From: Eutreptiella sp. 'Long Island Sound 2002'
Taxonomy: Eukaryota; Protista; Euglenida
Assembly: GCA_964036045.1 (NCBI GenBank)
Contig: OZ038379.1
Location: forward strand, 39,122,001-39,186,000
Length of the DNA: 64,000 nucleotides
Reading direction: 5' to 3'
Shown: positions 22,476 through 35,118 of the stretch, one piece after another
Layout of the letters: every line of letters starts with the position of its first letter
Position numbering within the stretch: the first letter of the stretch is position 1
Notes under the pieces: model-generated
What the model was told of the DNA's origin: nothing
Seen by the model: only the letters and a program-made list of their open reading frames with translations
Databases searched by the model: none
Position numbers and translations under genes: made by a program

Positions 22476-23499
22476 GATGGGGCGGGTCCAGGGATGGGGC
22501 GGGGGCGGGGGGGGGGGCTGAGTCGAGGTGCTTGGGTCTAGTAGTCGGAGGGGCTGCAGTTGGAGGGGCGGCCGTGGGACCGCCCACTGGCATCGCGCCA
22601 CTAGGAGGGAGCATGTGCCGAGGGGGGCTGGGTAGGTGCATATCTCTGTGGTGGCCCATGGGGCCAAACAAATCACTTCACTACCCTGTTTTGGACCAAT
22701 ACAGGAAACACACTCAGGGGGGAGGGGACGGCACAGAAGCCGGCGACACCACATGGCAATCCACCGGTCGAACCACGAAGGCACTCGGTCGGCGGCCCTG
22801 CAGAGGTAGCGGCTGGTGTATGGGAGGGCGGGGGTCAGGGGCACGGCTGGTGGGCAAGCAGGGGTGGGTGCAGGCCCGGGGGAGGATGCCTACCCGCCGG
22901 TTGTTTTGACGGTTCGCCCACAACATCATTGGCTGCTCGTGCCATATCACATCTGTTGTGCAAGGGGGTGAGCTAGGGTGAGAAAGTGAGGGGATTGTTG
23001 TGTGGAAGCCACCGCTTGGGTGCAGGGGGCGGGAAAGCATGACGAGGAGAGGTGGGATGGCCGCACCGTCGCATCACCGACTGGTACGCGGGCGGGGGAG
23101 GGAAGAGGCACCGCCGGATCTCCGACTGACACGCCGAGGGATAGGTGATGGTGTGCAGGTCCCGCTGGATCGCCTGTCGGCGTGCGCGGAGGGAGGGGGC
23201 AAGCCACCACGGTCTGTGATTCTGTTTGTACACCCCCCCCTTAGGAGGCCTAAGGTTGACTTGACATCTCAGAGGCGACAGGGCACTGCCTAGCGGAGCA
23301 AGCGTAAGCCGACAACTTCGGTGGTTTCATGGGGGGGGGGGGGCGGCTGTCAAAGTGTACATTAGTGTGAACATGGTACTAAGCATTAAAATTTCAAATT
23401 CATACTTCGCATTTATCTGTGAGATATTACAAATGAATGTGTCACCTGCATCAATATTAACCTCCAAATGTGAAGTAGAATTTACGCCTATCCCATGAG

Positions 23500-26030
23500 A
23501 GCACAAACACACCGAACAACACATTCAACATGCTTTTATACCATTTTTTTTGTGTGGCCATCTTGGCCGGATGGGTCAGTTTTTGGGCCTTTACCCTTCG
23601 TTGGAACCCTTTGTTGTGGCATCACCCCTGTTGGTGGGGTTGGTAGGGTATGGTTTGGGTTTGGGGTTGCTTGCGGGGTTAGTTTGTGGGTTAGGCTCAT
23701 GGTAGAGGGTTTAGCCGGGGGTTGGCCTTCTTCTTCACCCCCCCCCCAAACTTGTTGCCGATGCTTTTCGGCGTCCTCGGCGGAGGGGAAGAGGAGGCGA
23801 TGGGGCACTTCGTAAAGTGTGCTCTTGCTTGGGTTTTAAACCCACCGCCCCAAAGACCCCCACCCCCCCGTAGTCACCCCCCGTCCCCGTAGCCAAGCCC
23901 CCCCCCCCCCAAGCTTTACGCCAGTCTGGACGACCAAATTGTCAGGACCGTTGCACACATCCCCCACCCCATGGGGTTGGAGATGGGCATTGTTCACATT
24001 GTTCATCGGTCCAAGGGTGGTGTTGTTTGGGTGTGGCTTTGGTGGTCGTGGTGGTGGTGGTGGTTTGGAGGGGTAGCCGGTGCTTCTTGGTGCGGATTGA
24101 GCCCTCGCAAGAGTCGGAATCCGGCTCAAATTGAATACGCTTCTCGGCCCTTTGGGGCTGGAGCTCGGGTTGGCATGTCACTTGAGGGGGGAGGGGGGCT
24201 AGGGGTTTGACGGGGGTCGTTGTGGTGGACTCTCTCCGCTCCTCCTCACTGCTTGCTCCTCCATCATCCATTGCCACTCACATGTCCCTATCCTACGCCC
24301 TCATGAACCCTATTTCTGACAGCTTGGCCCACTGCGTGGGCTCATACCCCTTCCACATCACCCACACGTCCGCTGCCACCTGGCCTGCTTCACAGTCTCA
24401 CAAGCCACGTGGCAGGGAAAGGCCAAGGTGTGCAGCTTGGGCCAAGATGTAACGTGTAGCCTTTGTGAACCGTCCTTTTGAATCCAAAACGTCTTTGACC
24501 TATTTTCGACTCATTGTTTACATTGTGCCTTGCTACCGTACCCGTGTGCCGTGCTCTTCTCCAAAAATTCAACAAAACTAAGGACTTCATCAATGCACTT
24601 TGGTACCGGGCTGAAATTCACACACCAATTCACAAAAAAATGCATTCACACTCCCATTCACGCGCACATTCATAGGTCCTTCACACCATTTAGACAAACG
24701 CGAAATCACACGAGTTTCGCGTGATTTTAGCACGAATTAGCATCCATCTCACGATTATGTCACACATGTTTCCTCTGTGCTCCCAGGAGTATTTCATGAC
24801 AACCCTTTGGTCCCTCCATGTTGTACGAATGGGACGGGTATTGGTCGCATTGACCATCACCTCGGCGACCTAAAAGACAGAAAAAAGAAAAGCCAAGGAG
24901 CAGTTGATTCATTTTTAACGCGAGTTTGTGAACATGTAATAGTTAATATATTTTACCTCAATTTTTGATACTTGAAGCGCTGATGCAGGAATTAAATATT
25001 CATTGAGATGTTAATGTGAACGCTCGAAATATTAACCCGCATCCTGCCGTTAACATATCTCACGCACTGATGTAGTTCCCATTGCTTGCACGCTGTGTGA
25101 AATAGGTGCCCGCCAAGGGCGCCTCCGCAGGCTCAGCAACCACCTCAACTGCCTGCGCTGTAGCTTGCGTTTACCCCGTTGCCGCAACCTTGGTGGGGGC
25201 GTGGGGATGATGGACCCGGAGGCTAGTACCCCGCATCCCCGTGTCATCGTTGTACGATAGCTCCGCCTATGGGTTGTACAGTGGCAGTGGGACCGCAAGC
25301 ATGTTGCGCCAATGTGGCGTAAAATGGCAGGCTTTCCCTTCGTGCCACAACTGCACCCATCCCAAAGGGATGGAGTGCTGCAGTAGCACCAGCTAATGGT
25401 TCGTCTCAAAACGGACATCCCGAGGGCAACCCATTAGATTAAGAGCTGCGAGCGACCCAACCCTAACACGCTGTGCCACCGGTGCCATGGCGGCGCCTGG
25501 CACAGGCCGCCGGATCCCCCCCCCCCCCCGCCCTGCTTGAGTCCTTCCCCAAGATGTCCTTCCCCAATCTATGCTTCGTAAGGAGGCAACGGATCAACCG
25601 CCTCAAAATCTATATCAAAGTTAGACGATTGTGGCGTGCCCCCACAAACAGTTGTTGCTCTGGTGAGGAGGCCTAGTCAAAGATGAGCACCAATCAAAGC
25701 CCTTTTGCGGTGTCACTAGCATTGGCACTTTTGGGGCCCAAGGCCTTGGATAGCCACCGGGGGAAGGGGTTTGGGGGTTGGGGTCGGGGGGGGGGGGGGG
25801 TTGCTCGAGTACATCCCCCGCTATGTCCGACCCCCCCACCCCATCATCCACCTCCACTTCCCGCTCTTGCTACACCCCGTCCCCCTACGTTTCCCCTGCC
25901 CCCCCTCCCCGTTGTGCCCTCTTGCTCTCCCTCTTCCTCGCTTTCCCTCTTCTTTTTCTTCTTCTACTCCTTCTTCTGTGTCCGCCTCCTATTGGAGGAG
26001 TTGTTGTTGACTCCTCTTGGCGCATTGGCC
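23500..26030 (-). pseudogene. ORF2 relic of copy 3
   Basis: VAEVMVNATNTRPIRTTWRD, ILAQAAHLGLSLPRGL..QWAKLSEIG and TLYEVPHRLLFPS match copy 4 ORF2. Same intron acceptor position (ttttag|gtc, ~24870). Confidence 0.85.
24451..24765. mobile_element. 315-bp insertion with 4-bp TSD (ATGT), no TIR seen
   Basis: ATGT at 24447-50 and 24766-69. Removing the insert restores KYSWEHRGNILAQAAHLG in register with copy 4 KYPWGPLHRIVARDPPLG. Confidence 0.65.
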
Positions 26031-26039
26031 ACCGCTGTC

Positions 26040-26730
26040 GATTTGTAACGTCCTTCTCCAAATAGTGGGGGCAGTTGGATAGGCAACCAACCTCGCAACG
26101 CTTGGTGTAATATGTCCGTGGCTTGTCGGAATACAAGTCCCGGAGGAGGTCCCGCATGGCAACCACCGCTTGCCACTCCCCATCCTAGGGCGTAGGCTAC
26201 ATCATCCTGGGCAGCTGCGAGGACATCAGGTGCTGAAGACAGGCACACCCCCCACATCATCCGAGGCAGCAAAAAGGACCATCCCCGCAGCATCATTCCA
26301 GGCAGCAGGAAGCAACACAGCCACATCATCCTAGGCGCTGAAGACAGGCAAACACCGTACAATAGCTAGTTGTGGGCAAAGCTTCCCCCCACCCGAGGAA
26401 CAACACCCCGGACTCCTGTGTCCTGCACCTCCGTTCTCCTCTTCCTCCTCCGTCGGGCGTCGTCGTAAAACCTAACGTATCCCCGGTGCGGGCCCGGTAA
26501 AGGAACCGCTGCGCGGCCAAGGTGGTCTCGTTGGGGAAGGCCGCAAGGCAGGCCTCCATGAACGCCACTTGGAGGCGGCACATGGCCATGCAACAATGGA
26601 GGATCCATGAGGACACCAAACATCGTTCAACCACAATGTGTTGGTCCTTAGCGCATCTACCGTTTTTTGAGCTACCTCTTGTCTCCTTGTTGCGGTCACG
26701 GGTGGCCTCTTCGACCAATGTCACATGTGG
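26040..26730 (-). pseudogene. Transposase relic of copy 3 (middle to C-terminal core)
   Basis: WILHCCMAMCRLQVA, MRDLLRDLYSDKP and SNCPHYLEKDV match copy 4 exon 2. Confidence 0.85.
26200..26364. repeat. 165-bp insertion made of degenerate catcatcc..ggcagc units, with 4-bp TSD (GCTA)
   Basis: GCTA at 26196-99 and 26365-68. Removing the insert restores the spacing seen in copy 4. Confidence 0.55.
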
Positions 26731-29700
26731 CGCATGTGCATAGCATGGAACATAGGAATAGAGAGCGATATCCTGTCCTCACCGAGGCCAATTTTTGGAT
26801 ATATCCAGTAAAGGGCGTGCGATATGGTTTTGTAGGGTTGGTAGCGGGTCTTTGACATGGGTACCGTTCGACGCTTGGAAAAATGCTCGGAATTTTTTGT
26901 TACCAGAGCGCCTCCAAAAACGCAACCAATATCGGTAGCGATGTCCTGGGGTCTTTCCGGCACAGATGCTTAGGGGCGCCCTGAAGAAGTTTTGGTCCCA
27001 ATCTTGGAGACATAAAGTACAAGAATGTTGTCTGCCATCTTGGTGCCTTCTTTGCATGCACAACTAGGAGGGTGGAAGAAGAGTATAACATGAAGTACTC
27101 AAGCTTGTGTAAGGACATTGGGTGTTTTGTTATGTTTGTGCATGTCTTTGTGCTATGTGTGTTTGTCTAAGGCATCACGTATACCGATGTGGAGAACCTC
27201 CAAAGAGGCGTGCTTAAAACGTGTTTCACCGCCTCAGATGTCCTTTGTCCCACTGCTTTTCCCCTTTCAACAAATCGGAAAACGTTCGGTGGTAGCTAGG
27301 GAAGTGCATTCATTGTGCCCCCCCCTCGCCCCTTCCTCTTCTCCTCAGCCTCATATCTTAACTTTGAGGGGCACCTTGTATATGCTAATTGAGCAAATGT
27401 TGAATTACTGGAACTCAAGGATGTTCAGTATGAGCTCCAACATGCTCTTGCTACAATGTGCCTGCACCAATGCCCATCAGATACAACTGAACCCCGCATG
27501 TTGCGGGTTTTTCTAGATAAGTTTGTATCAAGAATGTATACTATTCATGCCAAGGTCACACAGTACTGGCAACATGAATGCATAAAAAGTTCGCTTCACC
27601 CCCTAAGAATACAATTCTTTTGTTGATCACACGTGAGGTGTTAGCCAAGACAACGGCCAGCAAGCATGAAACCTCGTATGGGGTTCAACACAAGAATTTA
27701 TGCATCATTGCCCCGCATGTAAAATGTGATGCGGACCGCACGTTCGCTGATGACGTAGATAAAGGACGGCGATCACATTTTCTTTTGTTGATTTCCATTT
27801 TGTGCATGCACCTTGACACCGTGATTATGGACCTATAGTGGTCAAAGGAAGACATTTGGACATGGTTTAAGAAGGCGGATGTCAAGAAACATCCAAAAAA
27901 TTTAAAACCACTAATGTCCACCCTCTCCCCCTTTCTTGCACGCATGCCCCCTTTGAGGTTCTCCGCGTCATTATAATTGATGCCTTGTGTGAGCCCCCCA
28001 AGGCAACAATCCACAATGCCATACGGGCTACTCTTGCAGCAGCCCCTGTCACTGAGGTTATGGGCAAGGAAGCACGGTGGAGGGTTTGAGATGAGGCCCC
28101 CTTCGGTACTTGGCAAAAGACATTTTTGCCACCACAAGGGGAGGGTTTTGGAATAGAGTGCCAGCCCACTTGCCACCCCCATGGTCCTTTGTGGGGTATT
28201 GAGTTTCTTTTGGCCCTTGCCCCCAAGCCTTCAAAGCGAGCCCCGAAACGTGCCCGTATGGCTGTGATAGATTCCTAGATGCCAGCTCTAGGTTCCTGGA
28301 AGGACTATGAGCAGGCCGATGGTGAGAATTCAACTGTCTGGTCGTGCGTTTTTCTGGGTGGTTCGCGGAAGATGCACTTCCTGTTGCACAAGGTTTTTGT
28401 CGTAACGTCTACTTCTCCCATCGCTGCTACACTTTTTGGTCAGGCCGCAACCGAAGCAGTCCTTCAAATTCCTTGGCCGCCTTCTGGCCGCGCCGAAATC
28501 AGCATCAATAGTGGCAGCAGCATCACCATCCGCATCCCGCTAAGCGTCGGGAACACCGGCAACACCCGCCCTACGGGCAACCGAGCCCTAGAAGCCCCGG
28601 AGTCCCAGAAGCCCCAGGAGCAGCAACAACATCAAGAACAGCTGAAGAAGGAACAACAAAAGAAGCAGCAGCAGCCGAAGCAACAACACAAGAAGGTGAG
28701 GACTGCCCCCCCCCCCCCCCCGCCCCCCCCGGTGGCGCTTGTGGCCGCGGCGTTGGGGGCATCCGTGGCTGCGGTGCAAGTGCAGTACTACCTGCACCTC
28801 TGCACCAAGAAGAGTCAGAATTTGGTGCCTGTCCAGGCTCGGTTCCAGCCCCCCTGCCGTGGCTTGGCAGACCAAGGCCAGGGTAACGAGCCACAGGACC
28901 GTGGGGAGGGTTGCAAAAATTGCCTCCTCCCTTTTCCCCATGGCCCTTTTAGTTGGGTGTGAGGGAAAATCGTGTCCGGCTGTGTTTTGTTTTGGGGGTA
29001 AGCAACAAGGTTCGGGAGTGGCTAGTAAAGGAGTTTAGGTTGCTAGCTGACCACGTTCGGGTGCTAGCGCGCAAATTTGAGGAGGAGGTTAAAAAGTTTC
29101 CTGGGGCAATGCAACGGGTGCGGGAGACGCGTGGCAGGAAGAGGCAAAGGGGGGCTGGCCTCAGGATCAAGGAGCGCAGGCTACGAGAGGCTGCCGCCGC
29201 CCAAAGCCAAAATTCACAGGCGCTGCTTGAGCAGATGCATGCTCCATGGGGGCAGGCCAAGCAACAGCTTTTGAAGGCGCCCCTCTCCAAAATGCCCCCC
29301 TCCACCCTCCCTCCATTTGGGGTATGGAAGTAGATTTGGGCAGGGGGAACAGATGCTCCACAGGGTTGTTACCGTGGTGCAGGCAAGGTTTGGCTGGCAC
29401 CAATGCTCCAACTCATGTTGCGAGCAGTTGCGGAAACGCGGGGGGTGCAGTCACCCTGCATACCAGCCCCCCCGCATGGCAATCAAAAAAATTGCTTTTG
29501 TATTGTAGAGCGGGTGTTATTCAAGTACCTGCAACGGGCAACCCGGGAGTGGCCTAAGCCACCCCCCCCTTAAAATATTTGGCATGTCAGGGAGGAAGTG
29601 TACGGCCATGTTTGAAAGGGCAGCAGGCTGGGTGCAAACACCCGGGAACATTAACCGCCAGCACACGGGGTGGGGTGCTGTTGTGCTCAAGGAGATCCAG

Positions 29701-30339
29701 AAAATGTATAGGGATTGGCCACATGTGGGATCAAAGGACCAGTCTCTTTTGCCCTCCTCATGGGAAACATGGTCCCCTTGGTCATGCTGCACCAGATCGC
29801 CACAGCCAAAGATGCTGAGTCTGAGCTCAAATTTGAACGAGATGTCCGTGTGTCCTCTAGAGGGGTGAAGAGGAAGAGGAAGAGCGTCCCCTCCTCCCTT
29901 GTGCCTAAACCTGAGACTGAGTCGTTTGGGTCGAACACGGATCTGTGTATGTCCTGTACAAGTGCTAAGGGCAAGAGGAAGAGGGTGGCAGCCTGTGTAG
30001 GGGGGGAGAGGAAGAAGAAGACATCCGCCCCTAGCCCCTACTCCTCGTGGAATGGGACAGGGATGAAGGCCTGGGGACAGGGAGGGGAGGTTGGAGGGTT
30101 CCCTCCCCCTTAGAATAGTACCCGTGTGCGCACAATGCTTCCCTATGTCAGGGTCACTGGTCATCGCCGCAACACTTGGATGGACCCGTTCCCTCTACTC
30201 GACGGGACACCATCTGGGTAGGGGGAACTTGTTGTGCCGCTTGTCCCCCTTGAAGCTGAAGCCATTGGCTCACACAAGGCAGAATATTGACCTACCAACG
30301 AAGTCTTCGATGTGCCGTTTCGGTGCCTGCGTGCCCGCG

Positions 30340-33300
30340 TCTGGACGGGGGCGGATAGTTGAGCACACTTTGGGTTTGCAGAGGTCTGTGCTCATGCGAG
30401 CAAAAAGTCGGAAATGAAAGCGTAGTGGAAGCTAATGGTCGGGGTTTTGCAAAAATGCCTTGTTTGTACGAAACTGAAACAGTGGGCCCTTGGGCAGGGG
30501 CGGATAATCCAGCACATTTGGGGCCTGTAGATCTCAAAGCAATTGCGAGCAAATAATTAAGGTCGCGGCGGAAGCTACTGCTTCAGGCTTTCCAAAAATG
30601 CCAGGTTTGCACGAAGCTGACACGGTGGGCCTCTTGACAGGGACGGATAGTGGAGCACACTGGCGGCCTGCCAATCTCAGAGCTGCCGCGATCTGATAGC
30701 CTGAAATAAAGTCCTGCTGGAGGCTGTTGGTCGGAGCTTTCCAAAAATGCCTTGTTTGCAAGAAACTGAAGCAGTGGGCCCTTGGACGGGTACAAATAGT
30801 CAAGCACGCTTGGGGCCTCCATATCTCAGAGGTGTTACGAGGAAATAGCCTCAATTGAAAGCGTCGTGAAAGCTACTGGTCCAGGCTTTCCAAAAATTTC
30901 TTGTTTGCAGGAAAGTAAAACACTCGGCCGTGGACGGGGGCGGATAGTTGAGCACATTTGGGGCCTCCAGATCTGAGAGCTGCTGCGAGCAAATATCCTT
31001 AAATGAAGTCTTCGTGGAAGCTACTGGTCAGGGGTTTGCGAAATTGACTTGTTTGCAAAGAACTCAACCAGTGGGCCCGTGGACAGGGGCGGATAGTCGA
31101 GCAAACTTCGGCCCTCCAGATCTCGAAGCTGCTACAAGCAAATAGGCTGAAATAAAGTCTTTCTCGAAGTTATTTGTCGGAGCTTTGCAAAAATCTCTTG
31201 TTTGCAGGAAACGTAAACAGTGGGCCCCTAGACGGGGGCCCATTGTCACGCACACTTGGGGCCTTCACATCTCAGAGGTGTTGCCAGCAATTGCCTTGAA
31301 CTAAAGTTGCGTTGGAAGCTACTAGTTGGGGACTTCCGAAAAGGCCTTGTTTGCAAGAAACCAAAACAGTGGGCCCTTGGACGGTGGTGGATAGTGGACA
31401 CACTTGGGGCCTGCAAATCTCAAAGCTGCTACGAGCAAATAGCCTCATATTAAGTGGTGGTGGAAGCTACCGGTTGGGGCTTCCCAAGAATGCCTTGTTT
31501 GCAAAAAACTGAAACAGTGGGCCCGTAGATGGGGGCGGATAGTTGAGCACACTTGGCGGCTGCAAATCGTAGGGACGTTGGGAGCAAATAGCCTGAAATA
31601 AAGTGGTAGTGGAAGCTAGCGGTTGGGGCTTTCCAAAAATTCCTTGTTTGCAAGAAACTCAAACAGTGGGCCCCTCGATGGGGGCGGATAATCGAGCACA
31701 TTTGGGGCCTGCAGATGTCAGAGCTGCTACAAGCAAATAGCCTGCAGAAAAATCTGGGTGAAAGCTACCGGTCAGGGCCTTTCAATAATGCCTTGTTTGC
31801 AAAAAACTCAAACGGTGGGCCACTGGACGGGGGCGGATAGTTGAGCACACTTGGTGCCTGCAAATCTTAGAGCTGCTGCGAGCAAATAGCGTGAAATAAA
31901 TTCTTGGTCCAAGCTACCGCTCGGGGCTTTGCAAGAATGCCTTGGTTGCAAAACACTGGAACAATGGGCCACCGCACAGGGCCGGAAAGTTGAGCACACT
32001 TGGGGCCTGCAAATCTCAAAGGTGCTGCAAGCAAATAGCCTGAAATAAACAACTGGTGAAAGCTACCGGTGAGGGCTTTGTAATATTGCCTGGTTTGTAT
32101 AGCAACTAAATAAGCAGGCCCCTGGACTGGGGCGAATAGTTGAGAACACTTGGTGCGTGCAGGTCGCAGAGGTTTTGGGAGCAAATAGCCTCAAATAAAG
32201 TCTTGGTGGAAGCCTCCGGTTGGGGGCTTGCAATAATGCCTTGTTTGCAGAAAATTGAAACAGTGGGCCTTTGGACGGGGGCGGATAGTGTAGCACACTT
32301 GGCACCTGCAGATCGCAGAGGTGTTGGGAGCAAAAAGCCAAGAATAAAGTTGTGGTGGAAGCTACCGGTTGGGGCTCTCCAAAAATGCCTTATTTGCAAG
32401 AAACTGAAGCAGTGGCCCCCTCAATGGGAGCGGATAGTCAAGCACACTTGGGGCCCGCAGATCTCAGAGCTGCTACAAGCAAATAGCGTGAAGAAAAAAC
32501 GAGGTGAAAGCTACCGCTCGGAGCTTTGCAATAATGCCTTGTTTGCAGGAAGCTCAAACAATGGGCCACTGCGCGGGGGCGGATAGTAGAGCAGACCTGG
32601 CGCTTGCAAATCTCAGGACTGCTTCGAGCAAATAGCCTGAAATAAAGTCTTGGTGGCATCGCAGAGGTGTTGGGAGCAAACAGCCTGAAATACAGGCGTG
32701 GTAGAAGCTACTGGGCAGGGCTTTCCAAAAATGTCTTGTTTGCAAGAAACTCAAACAGTGGGCCCGTGGATGGGGGCGGATAGTCGGGCACACTTGGGGC
32801 TTGGAGATCTCACAGGTATTGCAAGCAAATACCCCGAAATACAGTTTTGGTGAAAGATACCGGTGTGGGCTTCGCAATAATGCCTTGTTTGCTGAAAGCT
32901 GAAATGGTGGGCCACTGCACGGGGGCGGATAGTCAAGCACACTTGGAACCTGCAGATCTCACAGCTGCTGTGAGCAAATAGCCTGAAATACGGTCTTGGT
33001 GGAAGCTACTGTTCGGGGCTTTGCAAAAATGCCTCTTTTGCAGAAAAACGAAACACTTGGCTCTCGACAGTGGCGCATAGGGGCACACATTTGGGGCATG
33101 CATATGTCAGATCTGCTGCGACCAAATAGCGCAAAACAACGTCCCGGTGGAAGCTATTGAACGGAGCTTTCCAAAAACGCCTTGATTGCAGGAAACTGAA
33201 ACAATGCGCCCTTGGACGGCGGTGTGGATAGTCCAGCACACTGGGACCTCTAGATCTCCACACTGCCGCAAGCAAATAGCCTGAAATACAGTCTTGGTGA

Positions 33301-35118
33301 AAGATACCTGGGGGTCTTGCAATAATGCCTTGCTTGTAGGGAACTGAGACAGTGGGCCCCTGGACGGGGGCGGATAGTTGAGCACACTTGGGGCCTCCAG
33401 ATCTAAGAGGTGTTGTGAGTAAATAGCCTGAAATACGGTTCTGAAGCTAATGGTCGGGCCTTTCCAAAAATGCCTTGTTTGCGGGAAACCGAAACACTGG
33501 GCCCTTGGACACGGGCGGATAGACGAGCACACTTGCTGCGTGCTAATCTCAAATCTGCTGCGAGCAAATAGCCTCAAATAAAGTCCTAGTGGAGGCTATT
33601 GGTCGCGGCTTTCCAAAAATGCCAGGTTTTCGGGAAGCTGAAACAGTCCGCCGGTGGATGGGGGCGTTAGTGCACCACACTTGCATTCTACGAATCTCAG
33701 AGGTACTTTGAGCACATAACGTAAAATAAGGTCTTGGTGGAAGCTACCGGTCGTGGCTGTGCGGAAATGCCTGGTTTGCAAGAGGCTAAAACAATTTGCG
33801 TTGGAGGGGGCCGGATAGTGGAGCACACTTGGGGCCTGCGGATCTCATAGGTGCTAGCAAATAGCCTGAATTAAATTGTGGTGGAAGCTACCGGTCGTGG
33901 CTTTGCTGAAATGGCGTGTTTGCAAGAGGTTAAAACAATTGGCGTTGGAGGGGTCCGGATAGTGGAGCACACTTGGGGCCTGCGGATCTCATAGGTGCTA
34001 GCAAATAGCCTGAATTAAATTGTGGTGGAAGCTACCGGTCGTGGCTTTGCTAAAATGCCTTGTTTGCAAAAGGCTAAAACATTTGGCGTTGGAGGGGCCC
34101 GGATAGTGGAGCGCACTTGGGGCCTGCGGATCTCATAGGTGCTAGCAAATAGCCTGAATTAAATCGTGGTGGAAGCTACCGGTCGGGGCTTTGGAAAAAT
34201 GCTTGTGTGCAAGAAACTGAAACAGAGGTCGCTGGACGGGGGCCGATACTCGAGCACACTTGGACATTTGCGGATCTCAGATGTGCTGCATGCTACCTGT
34301 CTCAAATAACGGCATGGTGGAAGCTACTTGTCGGAGTTTTCCAAAAAATAGTTTTTTGTTGAAACCTGAAGCAGTGGGCCCTTTGGACGGCGGCGATAGT
34401 CGAGCACAATTGGGGCCTGCAGCTCTCACAGCTGCTGCAAGCAAATAGCTTGAATAAATGTCTTGAAGCAAGCTGCTGGTTGGAGCTTTCCCAAAATGCC
34501 TTGTTTGCAGGAAACTGAAATAATGGGCCCCGGGATGGGGCGGGTAGTTGAGCACACTTCGGGCTTGCAGCTCTCCGAGTTGCTGCAAGCAAATAGCTTG
34601 ATATTAAATGGCGGTGGAAGCTATTAGTTGGGGCTTTCCAAAAATGCCTTGTTCACAGAAAACCGGTCGGGCTTTTGCTAAGATCCCTGGTTTGCAACAA
34701 ACTAAAACAGTGCAGCCCTGGACGGGGGTGGATAGTGGAACACACTTGGGGCCTCAACATCTTAGATGTGCTGCGGGCACATAGGCTACAATAAAGTGTT
34801 GGTGGAAGCTACTTGTCGGGGCTTTCCAAAAATGCGTGGTTTTCAAGAAACTGAAACCGGCGGCCGCTAGATGAGGGCGGATAGCCGAGCGCACTTGCGG
34901 CCGGCCAATCTCACAGGTGTTGTGAGCAAATAGCCTGAAATTAAGTCTTGATAGAAGCTACCGGTTGTGGCTTTGCAAAAATGCCTTGTTTGCAAGAAAT
35001 TGAAACAGTCCGCGCTACAGGGGGGCGGGTAGTAGAGCACACCTAGGGCTTGCAGATCTGAGAGGTGGTGCGAGCAAATAGCCTGAAATAAAGTCGTGGT
35101 GGAAGCTACCGGACAGGG
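30340..35118. repeat. Tandem satellite, ~149-bp unit, ~32 diverged copies (block 1)
   Basis: Recurrent unit ggaagctaccggtcggggctttccaaaaatgccttgtttgcaagaaactgaaacagtgggcccttggacgggggcggatagttgagcacacttggggcctgcagatctcagagctgctgcgagcaaatagcctgaaataaagtcttggt. The aagct anchor recurs about every 149-150 bp (e.g. ~31314, 31463, 31612, 31761, 31911, 32060). Confidence 0.95.

Larger units (their letters stand above)
15074..23316 (-). mobile_element. Unclassified ~1.9-kb retroposon-like element X (excluding the nested YR element), with tRNA-like segments
   Basis: Minus-strand 3' end has a (GCCCAAA)3 tail (15071-15091). Candidate TSD ttccggggttt/ttcggtggttt matches at 9/11. About 7 degenerate copies of gcaccgtcggatcgccgactgac and two tRNA-like heads are present. 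Confidence 0.5.
14910..26730 (-). mobile_element. Copy 3 of RAG1/Transib-like transposon (3' part), interrupted by nested insertions
   Basis: TIR ccctagtgacccagattaaagccaatatag at 14910. Subterminus homology to 48241-48400 breaks at ~15073 and resumes at ~23317. ORF2 and transposase relics run to ~26730. Confidence 0.75.

Noticed and set aside
28279-29333. Host gene with polyQ/polyP tract
   Set aside because: Low-complexity ORFs without a domain signature or convincing splice structure; left unassigned.
30292-34592. Many short ORFs with repeated peptides in the satellite
   Set aside because: The unit length is not a multiple of 3, the frames break constantly and both strands give ORFs. They are by-products of the repeat.
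30340-35118. CRISPR array
   Set aside because: The whole 149-bp unit repeats with diffuse divergence. There is no constant repeat plus unique spacer pattern, no cas genes, and the context is eukaryotic.
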